Assembly: GCF_000143415.4 (NCBI RefSeq)
Contig: NW_003314263.1
Span: 4,095,628 to 4,159,627 of the forward strand
DNA from: Selaginella moellendorffii
Taxonomy: Eukaryota; Plantae; Lycopodiophyta
Length of the DNA: 64,000 bases
Direction: 5' to 3'
This document shows positions 58,686-64,000 of the stretch, piece by piece (position 1 is the first letter of the stretch; each line of letters starts with the position of its first letter). Position numbers and translations under genes: made by a program. Below the pieces are notes generated by a model. That model was not told where the DNA came from, did no database searches, and worked only from the letters and a program-made list of their open reading frames with translations.

Positions 58686-61600
58686 TGTTCCTTAGTCCGA
58701 CTTTTATTGGTGCTCAAGTATATCACCATTGATGTTGGCATCGGAAGGTCTTAGGAGTGGGCTTATCCTTGAGGAGTAGCATGTCGAGAGGACATAGCTC
58801 TCCACTCAAGTTCATGCGTGAACTTGGGCACAATGTGGTGGATAGAAAAGGGCCAATAATGGAACGACTTTGGGATTTTGGGAATAGTATAAAGTTTCCT
58901 TAGAGAGTTGAGGATGTGATCCAAATGAGTGTTTGACGCAACAAACGCGATAAACATGATAAACAACTATAGTTGGGATCACGGGAAAGATAAAAACTCC
59001 AAAGCAATAAAGGAGTCACAAGATTATCCTCATATAGTTGAGGTTGGTGCTCATGAATGTGAGACCAGAAGTAATGACTGTGGGAGGTCAAATAAGGAAG
59101 AGGACTCAAGTCCTTGAAATGGTAGCTGGGGCTACCTTTAATAAATGCTGGAACAACCCAAGGAGTTGGGGGGTGTACTTAGAGAAGTGCTGGTATTCTC
59201 ATCACATGGACAAGTAGTCCTAAGGGGCAAAGGTTGCCCCAAAGAACAAAATCAAGTGTCAGAGTAACACTTGTGAAAATAGTCCTTGTGAGTGAGGACA
59301 TGAATGCAAGAAGTGTATTCCAGTGAGCTAGTGCCCGACAAGTAGGACCTTACGAGTCTGTGGATTAACCAAGTCCAAAACTGCTAGATGACTCAAGTAG
59401 AGCCAAGGAATGGTCCTAAAGGACTAATGGAAGCATTTGGACTGAAGTGTGTGGTACCCCACGAAGGATGGGGGGGATCATAGGATCCAAGGATGAGAAC
59501 AGAGGGTATCTCATCGATGGCAAAATATGCCATGCTAAAGTCGTGGGAAGGGTGTTCCCAAAAGAAAACAGCTTTGAAACAAAGTTGTGTGTGACTTTTA
59601 TGGTGCAGTGCTAACGGATGGTTGGTATGAGAAAGAGTGGTATTGGTCTTGGCAAAAGACTTAGACACAAAGAAGAAGTGTCATAGAGGTAAGCTTGTGG
59701 AGCCGATGGTGTGGAGACACCAAATATGCTAAGGTGTGATACCTTGAGGCTATGTTGGTGGGTTCATGAGAACCCCTTGCCAAAGGAATCCCAATGGAAA
59801 TGGGAATGGCATAGCCTAAGCTGCAGAGCATGCAGTTGGAGTGTGGTGACCTAGATAATGATGGAGTTGTGGAAGCACTAGCAATGAGTTGTAGGACTTG
59901 ACAGCTATGAAGCAACTAAGCAAGAGGTGCAAAATAATTGGTTAAACGGGTAGAAGGTAGCTACCCAAGCCTTCTTAATGGCATAAAGAAGTTGGATATA
60001 CCCTTACGGGGGATAAGTTGCTTATGTTGCGATATAGTAAGTCAATGTCATAAAAGGAAATACTCATTGTCAAGGAAGCCGTCATTGGGACACCCGAACA
60101 CTCTAGAACACCAGGAGGTGGTGTTTGATGTCGCGAGGGAAATAGATAAGGCCCAAGGGACTAAGTCCCTAGCGAATGATGGACAGAAGGTGCTATCCAA
60201 ATGTCCAAGGTAGCAGAGATAGAAGAAGCCTGTCTACTCGAATTGGACAAAGCCAAAAATGGAATTTTGGCAAGGCGAGCGATGGGCATGTAAAGGCCCA
60301 TAAGCAACAATGTAATCTCGGTGTGTGGGATTATAGGGTTAGCATATCTGGATTGAGGAACCACTCCCTAGGCTATCGGGTAGGTTCATCCCTAAAAATA
60401 CTTGCTAAGGCATGATAGAAAGTGCAAAGCTATCCTCCTGGTCTGGAGGAGAATGACCGAAGGAAAGGTGTGAAGCCAAAAGCAAGAAGTAAGGGGGTAG
60501 AACCGAACCATAGGAATCGAAGGGCATAACCAAGGTTGGTTATGCCAACTGGGAGTGGAGAATCAAGTGGGGGCTCGAGGGTGTTGTCGCTAGCAACCGT
60601 GATGCCATGGAGAGTCTAAAATATGGAATTGTTCATGTTAGACTATATGGTAATTGAAAAGCTCGCAAAAAGGGAGGCCTTAGCAAGCTAAGGGACAGAG
60701 TTCCTTCAAGGTTCCCAAAGATGATTCTAGGTAGCTTAGTACCTAGAAAGGCCAAGCGTAAATGGTTCAAGGAACGTGCAAAATCAGAGTGGCGCAGCAG
60801 AAGCGTGGTTTTGAAGCTTGCCATGAGGCAAGGCTATCAAGGTTAGGGAAGTAATTCCCGAGTGTTCAAAGAGAGGGCTTTGAACGAAAGTCGATGATCA
60901 AGGGCTTTCATGCTTGTGCAAGAACCATGTTACAGTGGTCGGAGGACTTGCCAAAGCGAGATTGGCAAGTCAGGGGAACAAATACCCTAGTTGAAGGTGA
61001 TAACTTCAAAAAGGGTGAGCCATGGGGCCAAGCATGGAGGAGTCCATGCATGATCACAGACTTGTCAAGTGAGAGGACTTGGCAATGTGGAGGAACTAGG
61101 TTCCTAAGCTGTGATCTATAGTGCGCTTTAAGTATAAGTTGGTGCACCGGCGTGGGGAGTCACGCCAGGCATCTAGAGTGATGCCGTCCGTAGATGCATA
61201 TATGGAGGTTGGGTTCAAGTCCCGACCCTCTAGTGCTTGGGTTCGAGTCCCAAATCACTAGGGCGTGGTGATGGTTTGGAATATGAGGACACTCATATTT
61301 CGGTGGTCATGGACTCTCAGTGAAGAGACTGGTTTGGGCACACTGCCAAACGAGGGATGCCTCGGAGTCGTGATGCACGGTTAGATTGCTTAGAGTGAAA
61401 GCTCGGCATATCTAACTTGAACACTTTGGTGCAAAGGGCACCAAGGACATGGTGAATGAGATGGGGACACCCAGTCTCAGTTGCTATGGATCATTGGTTA
61501 GAAGGGCTGGCTTGGGCGCACCGCCAAGTGTGGGGGATGCCCCTGGGGTCATAGTCAACAACTTAGAAGGGTCTGGAAGACTTAGTTCCTATTGGTGGAC

Positions 61601-62718
61601 CTATTAAGGGGTTAAGATGAGATCACTAGGTGATCTTGTGGCTAAACAAGGACAAGGTCCTTGTTTGAGTTAAGGGATATGATTCCTATTCAAAGTGTTA
61701 ATTTGAACTATTGATAATGGTGTGGCTTGTTCAAGGTGACCAAGTGGGAAGAGCACCTATGGGAAATGAGCTATGTCACTGCTATGGCATAGGAAGTCCG
61801 AAGAAAGTAGTCTCTATAAAAGATCCAAGGGAGGGTCTCAAAAGTTAGGCCGTGGATAGAGCCCACAGCCGGAAATGTTAAAGAGACGTACTAGGGGTGA
61901 ACACCCTCTAGACTTAGCAAAAGCAAAGTGTTTGCTATGGAACTGAAAGGAAACCTCGAAAATGGAGGTAGCGATCCTAGGTTGTTGGGTGCAACAATCA
62001 AGGATAGGAGAAAAAGACTAGTGGCTAAGAAAAGAGCCATGGGAATCATGGGGAAGAATCCGAATGGCAAAGTTAAGCCGAAAACACTAATGTGTTGGGT
62101 GCTAACGGATTGTGGGAAAGGCAATGTTTCCCCAAGGATGGATTCTCAACCGCTCCGATTTGGCGAAAGTGGATGCTCTAAAGGGGGGAGTGGTAAGGTA
62201 GCCAAATAATAGGGCCGTGGGCAGCCCTAGCACCAATTATGATAAGTTCTTTACTTGAGGGTACCATCATCCTCTCTTCGTTATCGTGCCACCTTTAGGC
62301 ACTAAGTTCCAGTTCCTAGGATAGGGAAGTGGAATTGCACCATGTGCAACGTAAGGTGTTGGAGACACCTAGGAAATTGATTCGGAGAAGTTAAAATTAA
62401 AAGTTCCAAAGTGCAAAGGTTATGTCAATAGAATTGAGACTACTCAAGTATGAGTAGTGGGAATTGAGTTAGAGAAAATCTCTCTAATAGGTTTAGCAAG
62501 AACTAAACCAATAAACAGAAAGAACCACCACAAGTGGTCCAATCAGTCTCCAAGTTGGAGAGACTATCCTCCTTAGAGGATGGACAAGGCATGGTGAGCC
62601 TTCGGGGTCAAACCATAGACAAATGTTGGCCAGGTGCCAAGGATGAGAATGGTAATACCTGCGGGTGTTACTTTATAAAAGGGTTTACCGTTCAATGAGG
62701 ACATCGAACTTCATCTAT

Positions 62719-62730
62719 GGGTGGTGGAGT
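62719..62730 (+). other. Polypurine-tract-like site
   Basis: gggtggtggagt directly before the 3' LTR. Confidence 0.7.
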
Positions 62731-64000
62731 TGTGAGACACAAAATCCCTAAGCCTCAAAGTGGAGCTGGACAGGGTGCCACGTGGTAGTGGCCGAAGCGA
62801 AAGCCAAACGAGCGTAACACGTTTGGACTAAAAGCTCCGACTTGGAAGGTCGAGAGTGGGAGTGGAACTCCCAACAAAGGGCTCAAGGAACAAGCACGAA
62901 GCGAGCAATAAGCGAGGCTCCAAAAAGGGACCCAAAAAGGACCAACACATGACACGTGGAAGAGTCCGAGATGGACCGAGACGGAGTCCAAGATGGAGTC
63001 CGAGGTGGAGTCCGAGATGGAGTCCGAGATGGAGTCCGAGGTGGAGTCTGAGATAGAGTCCGAGATGGAGTCTAAAGTGGAGTCCGAGATGGAGTCCGAG
63101 ATGGACCGAGACGGAGTCCGAGATGGAGTCCGAGATGGAGTCCAAGATGGACCCGAGATGGAATCCGAGATGGAGTCCGAGAAGGACCCGAGATGAAGTC
63201 CAAGGTCGAGACCGAGACCGGGACCAAGACCGAGACCGGGACCGAGACCAAGACCGAGACCGAGACCGGGACCGGGACCGAGACCGAGACCGGGACCGAG
63301 ACCGAGACCGAGGCGGAGGCCGAGACCGAGCCCGAGTCCGAGTCCGAGCCTGAGTCCGAGTCCGAGTCCGAGTCCCAGTCCGAGTTCGAGTCTGAGAGGG
63401 TGAAAGCCCAAAGCGTTCGTCTCCTAGACCCTGGAGGGTTTAGTGAGCTCCAAAAGTATAATAAGGGGGAGAACTGCAATGGAGCCAGTTTGGCCAGGAA
63501 AGGCCAGTTTGGCCCAGGAAGGCCAGACCCAGTGTTGGGTGATGAGCTGACCACTGGGAAGTCCAAGACTAGAGTGAACATGGACCAACAAGCGAGGTAG
63601 CTTGGTGAAGTGTTCAAGATCCGGCTCTAGTTCCCCGGGAGATCGACTGGCCGATGCTCCCAGTCCAAGTGTGGGTGGCACTACCTACTTGGATACTAGG
63701 CGTGGCTCAGTGGAACCTCGCTCTAAACCCATGGCTAGAGCACCCAATGGCGGAAGGCAGGGAGAGTACCCAGGTGGCTCGCGTAAGGCCACGGTGTTCC
63801 GAAGTGTTGTCCCAAAGTCCCAGACTGTGGAAAGGAAAAGGAGCAGTCCTTTGGTGTGGTGGCCAAGGATATGGTCACGTGGTGAGGAAGTCCCAGAGGA
63901 CCATGGGACTTAATGGTCGGGCCTGTGGGCCTCAATCTAGTGGCAGTGTTGGCAAACTCGGCCAAAGGCAAAAAGGGACTTAGTGGGGACTAACAGAGGG
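62731..64000 (+). repeat. 3' LTR (partial)
   Basis: Near-identical to 56944-58279 outside the tandem arrays. Confidence 0.93.
62962..63395. repeat. Same tandem array in 3' LTR with different copy numbers
   Basis: Shorter 12-mer block, longer GAGACC block than in the 5' LTR. Confidence 0.95.

Larger units (their letters stand above)
56944..64000 (+). mobile_element. LTR retrotransposon (probably Gypsy-like), decayed interior, 3' LTR cut by window end
   Basis: Direct repeats starting TGTGAGACAC at 56944 and 62731; PBS-like and PPT-like sites at the expected positions; no long internal ORF. Confidence 0.9.

Noticed and set aside
61205-61260. tRNA gene
   Set aside because: Only T-arm-like hairpins; no acceptor stem, D arm or anticodon arm visible

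Overview
Gene-dense eukaryotic (land plant) genomic DNA with very short introns (about 45-80 nt) and short intergenic spacers; this architecture and the gene content suggest a lycophyte such as Selaginella (inference). Left to right: decayed Copia-like debris; a DNA-binding-domain-less ARF-type PB1 gene; a bacterial-type Zn alcohol dehydrogenase; a large VWA3-like/Pro-rich/coiled-coil gene; PRP28 helicase with a small divergent spliced gene missed by the ORF track; a subtilase nested inside a dead copy of the adjacent PLS-class PPR gene; a vWA-Vwaint gene divergent from PR-1; two tandem Ty3/gypsy-derived retropepsin-fold genes lacking the catalytic Asp; a SPL/TIE (SPEAR) repressor; PFK; CDP-DAG synthase; GAPN with a C-terminal extension; proteasome alpha-3; a decayed zone with a NUDT19 fragment; a single-repeat AP2 factor; a NIF/HAD-like fragment; a PH-domain gene; and a Gypsy-like LTR element with repeat-array LTRs, a decayed interior and a hairpin cluster with two tRNA T-arm mimics. 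Family calls come from motif recognition by eye; no database searches were run.
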